This document shows, piece by piece, positions 56,305 to 64,000 of a DNA stretch of 64,000 nucleotides (positions within the stretch are counted from its first letter, which is position 1; each line of letters begins with the position of its first letter). The position numbers and the translations under genes were made by a program. The notes below the pieces were generated by a model. The model was not told where the DNA came from. It worked only from the letters and a program-made list of their open reading frames with translations, and made no database searches. Location: the NCBI GenBank assembly GCA_037379345.1, contig CM074517.1:18786001-18850000 (forward strand), written 5' to 3'. This DNA comes from Perna viridis (taxonomy: Eukaryota).

Positions 56305-58218
56305 ACTTGTAATAGTTCTTTTAATGATTTTTTTTTCACGACATGACAGTGCAAAATGAATGAAGCCAACAAGAACTTACCCCAGATGGGAATTCATTTA
56401 GGTTTGGGTTTTCCATGAGGGAGCTATAATTTCTAACACTGGGATTCCCTGTTTCATTCAAATACAGAGGTGAACTGTGCATATCTCCCATTCTCTGCTC
56501 CATCTTCCTTAACTAAAAAATAACATTTCACATGTTACGAATCATTAACAATCATAATACGAATCATTCACAATCATAAACTTTCAAACTGTCAAAAGTT
56601 TGTAGGTTAATAGTCTTTGTGGTTGATGTAATTCTCAGACACCATGAAGCAATGTATGTTAACCTTACACAGCTACTGTAGATAAATGGCAATGACCTGT
56701 CCCTTGCTGCCATTTTTGCAAGCAATAGAACAATGGACAATCTGTATCAGTGGTAAAAATTTGCAATGCACAGAAATCCAAATGCTAGCTGACCTTGAAT
56801 GTTGCTTATCAAATTTTGAAGAAGGTCTATTCAAATATATAATGCATTTGAAAACAAATCATTCTATTTTTCTATATATTTATTCCTATAACAGTTGGGC
56901 CATATTTTCTGTGATTCTCCTACGCCTACTAACACAGACAATATACATGTAATCTACATCATATCATCATTATAAATTTCATTTAAATGCATACTGCTAA
57001 ATATTGCAATAATGTAGCGTAAACCAAGACTTGCTATAATTCCCTCTGTAATATATATATATTGTATTCCCTCTGTCATATATTTTTGTTTAAAATACAT
57101 CATATCATTTATTCATTATCCATCAGTGATATAGAGATGTAGTGTGAATAATTAAAGGTGTAGATTTTTAAATTTGAATACAGAGACTTGTAGCAAGTTA
57201 GCATAAACCTAATCAAATTTCAGTAAGCAGTTAGACTTTAAATATGACCTCTAGTCTAAAGCCACAAGAATGTAGACATAGCTCATAAAATTGTGCTATA
57301 TCTATTCAAGTTAGCCAAAGCATTCAAACTGCAGTAATGATTTTCTTCTCTAAAAATGTTTCATGGTTTTAAAATGATAATCAAGCAACATTCATCATGA
57401 ATTTTAAGTACAAAGCAAGGATTCAAAATAACTTAACATTGGCCACTGAGTTATTATAATTTTTAGTGTTTTCCTAAAATTGTTTTCTTGTCTCACTTTA
57501 ATCTTCATGGTGTAAATTCACTTTCTTTATTGAAAATAGAGCTACAGAATAAAGGGAATAGTTACTTTTAACCAAATATACTAATAAATGATGATTCATC
57601 AACAGGTCCACAAATGCAGGTGCTCCAGCTACAGAACACAGTGCACCTAATTATATGCTTTAACACCATTGTAATGCACTGTACATTAAATCAACAGATT
57701 AATTTCACAACCAAATGAAGCAAACAGAAAGACACAAATGAGGAGAATGAACAAAACAAACCATTCAAGGACACAGTGTCAATGTTACATTTAACTCAAT
57801 CAGTTGTCACTAAAACAGAGCACCGAGTTGGAAAAAAATATTCCCGATTAATTAGCCACAAACATGGGTGATACACATCAATAATATAATAACGTAAATA
57901 CCTAACTTACCTGTACCTCTTATAATAAGTAATCTTTGTACGTTCAATCAGAATTTAAATTGATTAAAACCTTAGTAAGCCTAGTATAGCCTTATTGATT
58001 ATATTGGATTTTTTTTTTATTTGTTAACTAAATACAAGTGTTAAACAGTGCACTTTTTTTTATCAGAAATTACTACAACTCTTGTTTTCCTTTAAGAATA
58101 TTTTGAACACCTAATCCTTAACAGGCATGCCCCACACTGACAATACATTGATAAAATTCCTTAGTTAAATATACCTCTGATCTGACTTTGCCAACATTGT
58201 TCCATGCTCTTGCTATTT
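5492..58218 (-). CDS. CEP350: Partial multi-exon gene, centrosome-associated protein 350 (CEP350/CAP350) ortholog, N-terminal region; join of 58175-58218, 56381-56512, 55314-55383, 54434-54919, 33861-33920, 13895-14083, 12216-12326, 10422-10517, 9990-10088, 8325-8477, 5492-5575
   Basis: All 11 exons have AG/GT boundaries and compatible phases, giving a stop-free 1524-nt frame. Collinear motifs EIARAWNNVGKVRSELRKMEQRM, EIRFLNE, LAKIKEKIKRQ, KRKVAAAPPAPTYKGFSETE and IITTSSWRAGQELVMRELGP match, from memory, vertebrate CEP350 DITTSWDALSQTKAALRHIENKL, VRFLND, LEKLKERIRKQ, VRKVATAPPAPAYKGFNPSET and LISTSSWRDGQKLVKKILGP. No database search was run. Confidence 0.87.
8325..8477 (-). CDS. CEP350: CEP350 exon, 153 nt, phase 1-1: (D)HDKGSSIPDGAIGGVEENELPQRKTATDIELEKARVLSAETRRILSDLNA(G)
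   Basis: Core of ORF 8296..8499. Acceptor tttttctcttgacag, donor CTG|gtaagt. Confidence 0.9.
9678..9848. mobile_element. hAT-like MITE
   Basis: TIR CAGGGGTTGGGAA / TTCCCAACTACTG; repeated AAATGGCC/AAATGACC; CATATA on both flanks. Confidence 0.6.
9990..10088 (-). CDS. CEP350: CEP350 exon, 99 nt, phase 1-1: (E)IITTSSWRAGQELVMRELGPLKSRRTSQTSQQ(D)
   Basis: Acceptor tttttttatctgatgtag, donor AAG|gtaata. Carries the conserved TSSWRxGQxLV...LGP motif. Confidence 0.92.
10422..10517 (-). CDS. CEP350: CEP350 exon, 96 nt, phase 1-1: (E)PFHKDEEEKDKKIVRVIAKANKKETNKQKKN(E)
   Basis: Acceptor is a long T-run plus cag, donor ATG|gtattg, open frame. Confidence 0.87.
12030..12126. repeat. Tandem duplication, 46-bp period
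   Basis: AACAGGATGAGGCTCAGGAATTAGTGGCTATGATATTTCTTGTCT at 12030 and 12076. Confidence 0.95.
12216..12326 (-). CDS. CEP350: CEP350 exon, 111 nt, phase 1-1: (G)FSETEVKYKHTEVKPIKDAKKKDKKKKPAVKSQKTP(E)
   Basis: Donor CAG|gtaaaa. I chose the acceptor tatttaag because it completes YKGF; an in-frame CAG acceptor 15 nt downstream (exon edge 12311) is also possible. Confidence 0.82.
12549..12722. mobile_element. Degenerate MITE related to 15509-15687
   Basis: Left end TACAGTCAAACCTG; internal ACCACCTGTGACCA; decayed right end GGCCACTTAACACAGG. Confidence 0.55.
12722..12989. repeat. 34-bp minisatellite, about 8 units
   Basis: Consensus TTGTCTTGAGTACAAGTAAGTAACCTAGGTAACC. Confidence 0.95.
13895..14083 (-). 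CDS. CEP350: CEP350 exon, 189 nt, phase 1-1: (E)NKENGDSYAFGG...KHPKRKVAAAPPAPTYK(G)
   Basis: T-run acceptor, donor AAG|gtattt. Carries the RKVAxAPPAPxYKG signature. Confidence 0.92.
15509..15687. mobile_element. 179-bp MITE, Tc1/mariner (pogo/Tigger-like) type
   Basis: TIR CAGTAAAACCTGTCTTA / TAAGACAGATTTGACTG (2 mismatches), flanked by TA on both sides. Confidence 0.85.
17815..18880 (-). mobile_element. Degenerate HINE-like element with about 165-bp subrepeats
   Basis: Recurring CCCTCCCAAAAAAGT, CCATCCAAGCTTTT and AAGTTTGAATGAAATCAG. Ends in CAAACAGATGGGTCAAAAACATTAT, matching the end of the 26800-27338 element. Boundaries approximate. Confidence 0.55.
17908..18571. repeat. Near-perfect tandem duplication, 2 x 332 bp
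   Basis: TTACTTTTTGAGTACAAGAAGCCC starts at 17908 and 18240. I saw only three substitutions between the copies. Confidence 0.95.
21405..22035. repeat. Degenerate ~29-bp minisatellite in two blocks (about 21405-21495 and 21757-22035)
   Basis: Recurring AAGTACCTGTTGTCTCAGAAAATAGG and AAGTACATATTGTGTCAGAAGATAG, alternating in the second block. Confidence 0.8.
22748..22943. mobile_element. hAT-like MITE (CAGGGG termini)
   Basis: TIR CAGGGGTTCAAATT / AATTTGTACCCCTG; no clear TSD. Confidence 0.65.
23039..23492. repeat. 33-bp minisatellite, about 14 units, at the end of a MITE-like element
   Basis: Consensus TTCAGGGTTCAGTTTAGACAGGTTTCTGGTTTA. Confidence 0.95.
23781..23999. mobile_element. 219-bp PIF/Harbinger-like MITE
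   Basis: TIR GGCCAAATTAAAAATGATGTGTGTTTCCTATT / AATAGGAAAAACACATCTTTTTTTGGCC; flanks TTA / TTT. Confidence 0.75.
26523..26686. mobile_element. hAT-like MITE, same TIR family as 22748-22943
   Basis: CAAGGGTTCAAAT / ATTTGATCCCCTG; internal GGTCC/GGACC motifs; CTTTG on both flanks. Confidence 0.65.
26800..27338 (-). mobile_element. HINE-like element carrying a 160-bp tandem array (about 2.7 units)
   Basis: TATCATGGTGAA recurs at 26881, 27041 and 27201. The end reads GACTGACAGACGGG...TTATGCCC...GGGGTATAAAAAA, i.e. a DINE-like TTTTATACCCC / inverted repeat / GTCY end on the minus strand. Confidence 0.75.
27860..27993. mobile_element. 134-bp foldback (palindromic) MITE
   Basis: Arms CAGG..TTTCACAAAAAGTCGTAAGT..AAATTGATCGTAA..ATGACGTCA and TGATGTCAT..TTACGATCAACTT..ACTTACGACTTTTTGTGAAA..CCTG pair over about 60 bp. 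Confidence 0.85.
28161..28249. repeat. Truncated copy of the 4280-4539 repeat
   Basis: Direct sequence similarity; same right end. Confidence 0.75.
28615..29098. mobile_element. 484-bp PIF/Harbinger-like MITE
   Basis: TIR GGCC(A)nTGTCTGTTTCGGGTT / AACCCTAAACAGACATAA(T)nGGCC with 3-bp TTA flanks on both sides. Confidence 0.85.
32021..32578. repeat. 35/36-bp minisatellite (about 15 units) with a 107-bp higher-order repeat
   Basis: Unit CCAGGCAAACTGACAAGATACTTG(G)CAATCACAAAA. The ORF track repeats at 32164, 32271 and 32378, confirming the 107-bp period. Confidence 0.95.
33861..33920 (-). CDS. CEP350: CEP350 exon, 60 nt, phase 1-1: (G)GLAKIKEKIKRQQQKASPR(E)
   Basis: Acceptor tattttttacag, donor GAG|gtaaga. 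Short coiled-coil motif similar to CEP350 LEKLKERIRKQ (from memory). Confidence 0.87.
35340..35472. mobile_element. Right part of the same Kolobok-like MITE
   Basis: ...TGATTTCAAGAGTTATGTCTCTTACCCTAGGTCTATCTCC|TTAA, which is close to the reverse complement of the left end at 2655. Confidence 0.75.
38696..38783. repeat. Truncated copy of the 4280-4539 repeat
   Basis: Direct sequence similarity; same right end. Confidence 0.7.
44854..45059. mobile_element. TTAA-targeting MITE with GG...CC termini (Kolobok-like), near-complete copy
   Basis: TTAA|GGAGGTAGAACTAGGGTAAGGGACACAACT ... AGTTATGTCCCGTACCCTATCACC|TTAT. Two more copies occur in the window. Confidence 0.75.
45196..45298 (+). ncRNA. Structured RNA head of the retroposon (candidate ribozyme)
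   Basis: Stems: TGCAGGTC 45202-09 / GGCCTGCA 45227-34; AGCGCTA 45237-43 / TAGTGCT 45268-74; GTCGT 45249-53 / GCGAC 45259-63; CCCTAGCC 45280-87 / GGCTAGGG 45291-98. Possible pseudoknot GCCC 45196-99 / GGGT 45211-14. Confidence 0.55.
45196..45715 (+). mobile_element. Full-length 520-bp SINE-like non-autonomous retroposon: structured non-tRNA head, Deu/Nin-like middle domain, LINE-like tail ending in (CAAA)n
   Basis: Perfect 12-bp TSD ATTTATTCATTA (45184-45195 and 45716-45727). GC- and CpG-rich against the background. The 3' end ATATAGCTGAAATATTGCT...GACGTTAAAC-(CAAA)n resembles mollusc SINE tails shared with I/Nimb-clade LINEs. The middle GCACGTTAAAGAACCC...AGAGTAGG...GGCTAAATT resembles the Deu/Nin domain. 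Both resemblances are from memory. Confidence 0.9.
53698..53925. mobile_element. 228-bp degenerate PIF/Harbinger-like MITE
   Basis: GGCCA...GTTTCCTGC / GCAGGAAAC...TGGCC; flanks TAA / TTA; internal CCTACCTA motifs as in 28615-29098. Confidence 0.65.
54434..54919 (-). CDS. CEP350: CEP350 exon, 486 nt, phase 1-1: (D)DENDDTTGNKRVDF...EIRFLNEP...KKSIKDIGE(G)
   Basis: Core of ORF 54381..54950. Acceptor gatttttcag, donor AAG|gtaagg. Higher GC, hydrophilic disordered composition. Confidence 0.92.
55314..55383 (-). CDS. CEP350: CEP350 exon, 70 nt, phase 0-1: AVVDNYGRSNIMRNREQRKVIRK(D)
   Basis: Acceptor tttatttttacag, donor AAG|gtaagg. Its phases bridge the two neighbouring exons exactly. Confidence 0.87.
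56270..56301. repeat. Poly(A)32 tract
   Basis: Direct read. Confidence 0.95.
56381..56512 (-). CDS. CEP350: CEP350 exon, 132 nt, phase 0-0: LRKMEQRMGDMHSSPLYLNETGNPSVRNYSSLMENPNLNEFPSG
   Basis: Acceptor ttattttttag, donor GGG|gtaagt, open frame. Confidence 0.87.
58175..58218 (-). CDS. CEP350: CEP350 exon, 44 nt, phase 1-0: (E)IARAWNNVGKVRSE
   Basis: Acceptor tttcttttgtag, donor GAG|gtatat. Joins LRKMEQRM in frame and resembles the conserved CEP350 N-terminal helix. Confidence 0.8.
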
Positions 58219-58849
58219 CTACAAAAGAAAGCATACGATACTAAGGATGCTACTTCATATATAGACCATGTAGTAATCGCAAATTTTAACTGACATTATT
58301 ATTCAAATATATTTATACATATCAAGTTTTTTTTTATAATTCTTTTTCTTCAGACTATAGAAAGACTGAGAGGAAGTCTTAAGGTGGTCTTAACTATAAA
58401 GTTAGCCATCCAGTCAGACAAACCCTTAATGTTACATACACCCCACAAAAAGGTTTTCAAAAGTATGTTGTTATAAGTAGTCAAAAATTGACAAAAATGC
58501 TTACTTTGAAAGAGTAACAATCAATCACATCTTCAAGTATAGAACAATTAAACAAAAAAACAAAAACAAAAAAAGAAAAAAAAAAACTTTGCCGACATCT
58601 GATGTCAGATAAACTTTAGATTCTCTTTATTAAATGCTAAATGGCCAGTATTTCTCTATTTCTTCACTAGTTGTTGGGCTGATGAAAAGAACATCAAACA
58701 TTATCTAACATGAAGAACATTTAAGTTGGATATGTGTCCAAAAACAAAACAAAATTTCAGCGAAGGTCTGTCTGCTGATGGTGAATAATAAATCTCCATC
58801 AGAATTAGGCTATGTTCAACAGTTTTAGAATTATTTGCAAACAAACTGT

Positions 58850-59210
58850 ATTTTGTCCCTTATGTTCTATTTTTGGTAACAGTGGCCATGTTTTTTTACC
58901 AATCGAAATCCAATCGGTCATTTTGTGCAGGATAGCCTAAATAAAAAGTAATAGCAACTTTCATTAAATTCTGTACAGCTGGTTCTGAGGAGAAGATTTT
59001 TGAAAGTAATAACATTAAAAACAGCCAAAAAAGTGTCAAAAAAGGACAATAACTCCAACATGGGTCAACATATTTTCACCAAAATTCCATCACAGATAAG
59101 ATCTCATTATGATGAGCACTTTTACCAACGTTTCATCCAAATCCATACAGTAGATTCAGAGGAGACGATGTTGAGAATTGTTAATAACAAAAGACACCAA
59201 GTGAAAGCAA
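58850..59210 (-). mobile_element. Diverged fragment of the same repeat family as 8-703
   Basis: Shares TATGTTCTATTTTTGGTAACAGTGGCCATGTTTTTT, GAGGAGAAGATTTTT, GACAATAACTCC and GATCTCATTATGATGAGCACTTTTAC with 100-620. Boundaries approximate. Confidence 0.65.
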
Positions 59211-61497
59211 AAACATTCAAAGAGAGTACTACTCTGCATAACTGAAGTATGGAAGGGAGGGAGGACACCACTACCACTGTGTAACTCCTGACTTTACAGT
59301 GGAGGGGGAATGTTAATAACAAATTATCCAAGGTAAACGAAGCAGAAATTGGAAGTAAAAATTCAGTAAAAAGAGAATCATAACAGTAAGACCTTGATTT
59401 GAAAAACTGAAAAAATCAGGTCTGTAAATATTACAATTCCATAACAATCCAATAGCCTTCAGCTGACATTTTCATCCGAGTGGAGTTGTCTCTTTGACAT
59501 ACTCACAATACCCATTCTCCTTGTAATACTCAAAAACTATCACAAATTGAGGGCATTCAACTCATGACTCCAAAATGGTCCCTTAATAATCATATCATAA
59601 CTACACAGAAACACAACAATTCCCTGTGTTATTTGTTTTCCTCATCATGAGAAGAACTCCTACACTAAACAACTGTTAGGTCTAATGCAAGTAGCCAATA
59701 TCTACGTCTATGACTCAGAAATATCTCCAATAAACTCTCAATAAATAACAAATATGACTTTGCACCATTCTAAATTATGTAAAGTATAACATTAGGCAGC
59801 TCTTTATTATGCAATTCATAAATTGTTGTATATCTTTGAAGGGTCAGGAAAGTTACAAGAATTTCCCTGTTGACTTTATGGGAACAATCCATTTCAAGGA
59901 TATGCCGAGGATATGTTCTATAAGCACTCCATATATTATAACCGACTGGTTATGTCTGCATGCAACAAACCTATCTATTATCATCATCAAAACCCTTTTA
60001 TGGATAAAGAACTTCACAAGATTTACAAGAAAGTGTTGCCATACCGTGTATAATTCATATCAATTTAAAACAATGATTAATGGTAGTAAAGAAATAAATG
60101 ACTTTTTTCAAATGAACAATTGCAAAAATTCACCTTTCGCAAATACTACTGTTTAATGTAAGAGCAATCAGAATATAATATATTTTATGCTTTCACATTA
60201 TAATGTAATATGCAGTTCTACTATTACCCTTTTAATGAGTTTTTACAAGGACATCTAATTCAGAAAAAAAATTGAAGGTTAAGCATTCCATAATACAAGG
60301 AACTATCAAGGCTTCATGCCAAAAAATATTTTGAATGGTAAGTGACCTTAAATATACATGTACATGTATATTATGTCAAGGCCACTGTACCAGTTATTTT
60401 AGGGGTGCATACATAGATATGGTTTCTGTCTATTATTAAAGACTTTTGGAAAAGGTTAACACATTTTTTTTAATGTTTTCATGAAAATCAAACATCAGCG
60501 TTCTTGTCAAATATTTAAATCATGCTAATTTTGATCAAATAGGAACTGAAATCGAGATAAAGGTCAAATTGAAACATGAACTCTAAAAACAAGAAAATTC
60601 AAATATTTGATTTAGATGCATGATTAAAAAATCAAATATAAATCCTGTCTAGAATCTATCACAATTTATGTAGTCAACAAGAACACATAATTTCATTTGA
60701 TGTCCTGATGAGCTATAAATCAACTCCCTCATTTAAAGTATTACTCTCAAACTAATACATGTACATGTACAATGTATTCCTGAAGTCTTGAAAAAATTTA
60801 CAGACTACTATAAAAATGGAAAGCAAAATTAGAATTGCACTAGAGACACCATCTACACACAATCTCTATATTGATATTATTACAGTTCATAGCATAGTAA
60901 TCCAAATACAAAAATGTGCAGGTCATATAGATAAAATTACTGCATAGCACATCATCATGGGAAAGCACTGAGAATGAAAATAAGTGAACAAATATCCATT
61001 TTATTTTCAGATAAAATGTGGCTATATTTTTTAGTCCCTTCAAGTAAATGTTAGATGAATTCCGAACTGAATTTGACATGACTACTATGACAAATAATCA
61101 TACATTAATATAATACTGCACAATCTAGTAACATCAATCAATAAAGTCCATGGCAATCATACTGCAGCACTTTAATCACATTTAATAACTAGAGATCTAC
61201 AAAAAACCGGACAAATACTACAATATAGACACCATGAACAAGCCCATGAGAAAATAACTTTCACATTGAGAAGCTGAATAATTCAGTCTTTACTCATCCT
61301 TATTCAAATTAGAAAAGTATAACAAATGGACTACAGAAACACATGCTAGTATATGTACAGTAGTTAACTAGAAAATGATTCTGTACAAACAGTATTAGTG
61401 ATTGAGCTGTTTAGCTTCCAGACTATGTAAATACATGTATGCGGTTTAAAAACAAAGGCTTTGTTCAATTTCTGTACAGTATTGCAAGCTGTGTAAA

Positions 61498-61589
61498 GTG
61501 GTCTTGTAAGGTAAGCTGTCTCCACATGTGGTATTGCAAGGTAAGCTGTGTCCACATGTGGTCTTGCAAGGTAAGCTTTGTCCACATGT
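61498..61589. repeat. 30-bp tandem repeat x3
   Basis: GTGGTCTTGCAAGGTAAGCTGTGTCCACAT. Confidence 0.95.
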
Positions 61590-62753
61590 AAAACAAATAC
61601 CAGCTATAGATTGGTCCCCTTAAGTTATGGAATAAGTGTACATATATTAAAATGACAGCATTCAGAGTATGGCTTTCTACAAAACATGTAGTAATGTACC
61701 TGGACATAAACAACTTTTACCCAATAAAACTACCAGTCAAATAGTTGTGTGGACACATAACACAATAAATTGTTCTTCATATTCATCAAAACTATAAATT
61801 GAAATCTGAAAAGCCAATAAGAAAACCAAAGCAAACAATGGCTGTGACAGAACCAACAAGTTTTCATAAGAGGTTGTAAAACTTTAGTGTTTAATGAAAA
61901 TCCTAGGTTGAAATGGTCTGACAAATAAGATGAAAAAAGAAAACATTTTGATTCAAACAAATATGAATTTTCAGGCTTAGTATACAAAGGATGGTCAGAT
62001 TCTACTGACATGCAAGGCTTACAAGCATTGAACTTATACAGCTGATTACTTATGGGATTGTGTTTGTTCAACAATGAAAGTATGAAAAAAAAACAGGAAC
62101 TGAAAAACAGACTGGGTAAGACTGAACATAAAATTATTACTGAAGGGTCTTTCCTACCTTTTCCCTAAGAAAATATGAAAATTATGTTCCACTAATGAAG
62201 AACATCACAATATTGACACTGCAAGCCCCAGATTTTCCATATAACAGCAATTTTACCTACTATATTAAACAAGGTCAAGAACATATTTTTCGACAAATTT
62301 TACTTGTACATGTGCAAATCTTACTTTTATCAACATTGCACAGGCCAGACCATGATTTTACCACCCCAAACCCAAATATACAGTCTAAGTAAACCAAACA
62401 TGTTCTTAACTATGAAATAATTTAATTTCAGATGTAACACCCTTTATCTATCATCTCATAGACCAAATTTTGTGACTGTTATGTCATCAACATTGTTTGC
62501 TGCTTTACTCCTTAAATTTTGATACTAAAATTGAATTATAAGGAATGACTGTGATATTTTTTCGTTCTATTTGAAATAAACTCAATTACCCGTGATGCTA
62601 TCCAGGTTATTTAGTGTGCACCAAGTGATTGAAGTTATTTCCTCATAGACTGAAAAAAATATAATGATCATTCCTTAAATAATTGTCAGCTTAGGTTAAT
62701 TATCATTTCAACTTAAAGAACTTTGACCACAGTAAATATACATGTGCATATAC

Positions 62754-62768
62754 CTCTGTCAAGTTCTC
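62754..62768 (-). CDS. CEP350: Candidate 15-nt microexon of CEP350 (GELDRE), phase 1-1
   Basis: Sense strand reads ttctttcactttttataaagcag|GAGAACTTGACAGAG|gtatat, with a long pyrimidine tract upstream. It joins the next exon in frame to give ELDREIARAW. Confidence 0.5.
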
Positions 62769-64000
62769 CTGCTTTATAAAAAGTGAAAGAACGTTATATG
62801 AACAAGTACAAAGAAGTAAAATATAGCAAAATATTTAAAACAGACAGACAGACATAAGAAGAAAACAATTATGCCTCTTCAGAAATGACTGAAACTAACT
62901 TACATTTAAACTGGCTATAATTTCACCAAAACCATTACAGGTCTGGCTCATTTCAATCTACATATATGTAGTATCAAATGAAAAATTAGATAGAATATTT
63001 TATAAATTCTTTTAATAATGTATAAAATATACCTTAAATTTAATACTATACCTTATTAATTCATCAAAATTAATCGTATGATAATAAATCCAGGCACATA
63101 TAAATCACACAAGTTAAAATAGTGAACAGTATGTGAAGCAATATCTGATGAAAACGAAAAAGAGATATAAAAAAAACTCCCAATACTTATAAATATATAT
63201 ACAACTCAAACACACACAAAAGTTTAGAATGTGAATGTATAAATAGAAAAGGAACCTATTAAAGGTACACCATACTAAAGGACTTTGAAATACAGGCTTG
63301 TTAGGACTTGTTATATAGTACAGTAATTCTATTAAAACAGTGTAAAATCATAACTGGAGATTTAAATGCACATACACTTTGTTTCAAGACTCTAGTGCAA
63401 CAATAAGATTACTAACAAGATTTACATATAAATCAGAGACTATACAAAGTGCCATTCTCTGTTCAAATTTATCTCTACAACATATTTTTGATAATGGTTT
63501 TTAAGAATTTTTTTGCTGTGATCTTGAAATTTAACTTTAACCACTTATAAACACACAGGGGGAGAGGTTTAAACTAATAGTTTAACACAACAATATTGAT
63601 CCTATTATAATTGGGTCATAAGTTAAGCCCTTAGAAATATTCCAATTCAAACAGTTAACCTTAACAATGCTAGCCTTTACCACGTTACACACAGCTGGAC
63701 ATGAAGGATCAAAACAAATCAATCATAACTTTAACAAAATCATTCAGAAGTCAGTTTCTTTCTAGTTTTTAGTAGCAAATTTTTTTTTGTTTCCAAAATT
63801 ATATAAAACCTTTCCATTGTGTTGGTGTTTGAAAGTTGCACACCTCAACTAAAAATATGAAAACAAAGAAAAAACAAAATGAAACACTCTTTAATATTAT
63901 CTAGACAAAAGTTAAGAAAAAATCAAACAATTCCACCACAGTGTTGATACCAACAGATGCCCAGGTTATACTATAACACATCTGTCAATGGGGCGTCATA

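Noticed and set aside
57911-57933. Strong minus-strand donor CAG|GTAAGT with a possible 23-nt exon
   Set aside because: Poor acceptor context, and it would frameshift between two phase-0 junctions.
61498-61589. Three AAG|GTAAG donor motifs
   Set aside because: They are on the strand opposite the gene and simply part of the tandem unit; there is no evidence of an antisense gene.
63145-63159. CTGATGA-AAAC-GAAA hammerhead-like core
   Set aside because: No stem II, stem III or cleavage triplet can be formed.

Overview
AT-rich, CpG-poor animal genomic DNA. The repeat families look like a bivalve mollusc, most likely a mytilid mussel (inference from remembered repeat motifs). Almost the whole window lies inside one large minus-strand gene. 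I found 11 well-supported GT-AG exons (58218 down to 5492) plus a candidate 15-nt microexon (62754-62768). They splice into one open frame of about 510 codons that I recognise as the N-terminal part of CEP350 (motifs W..V.KVRSELRKMEQRM, EIRFLN, LAKIKEKIKRQ, RKVAAAPPAPTYKGF, ITTSSWRAGQELV..ELGP). Neither the start nor the stop codon was found in the window. The introns, two of them about 20 kb, are filled with non-autonomous elements: Helentron/DINE-like (HINE) elements, Harbinger-, Kolobok-, Tc1/mariner- and hAT-like MITEs, and minisatellites. The most interesting object is an intact 520-bp retroposon (45196-45715) with a perfect 12-bp target-site duplication. It has no tRNA/Pol III head. Instead it starts at its first nucleotide with a compact pseudoknotted RNA fold that I cannot fit to hammerhead, HDV or twister topology, so it is a candidate undescribed 5'-end-processing ribozyme or structured RNA. 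Most ORFs in the supplied track are spurious.
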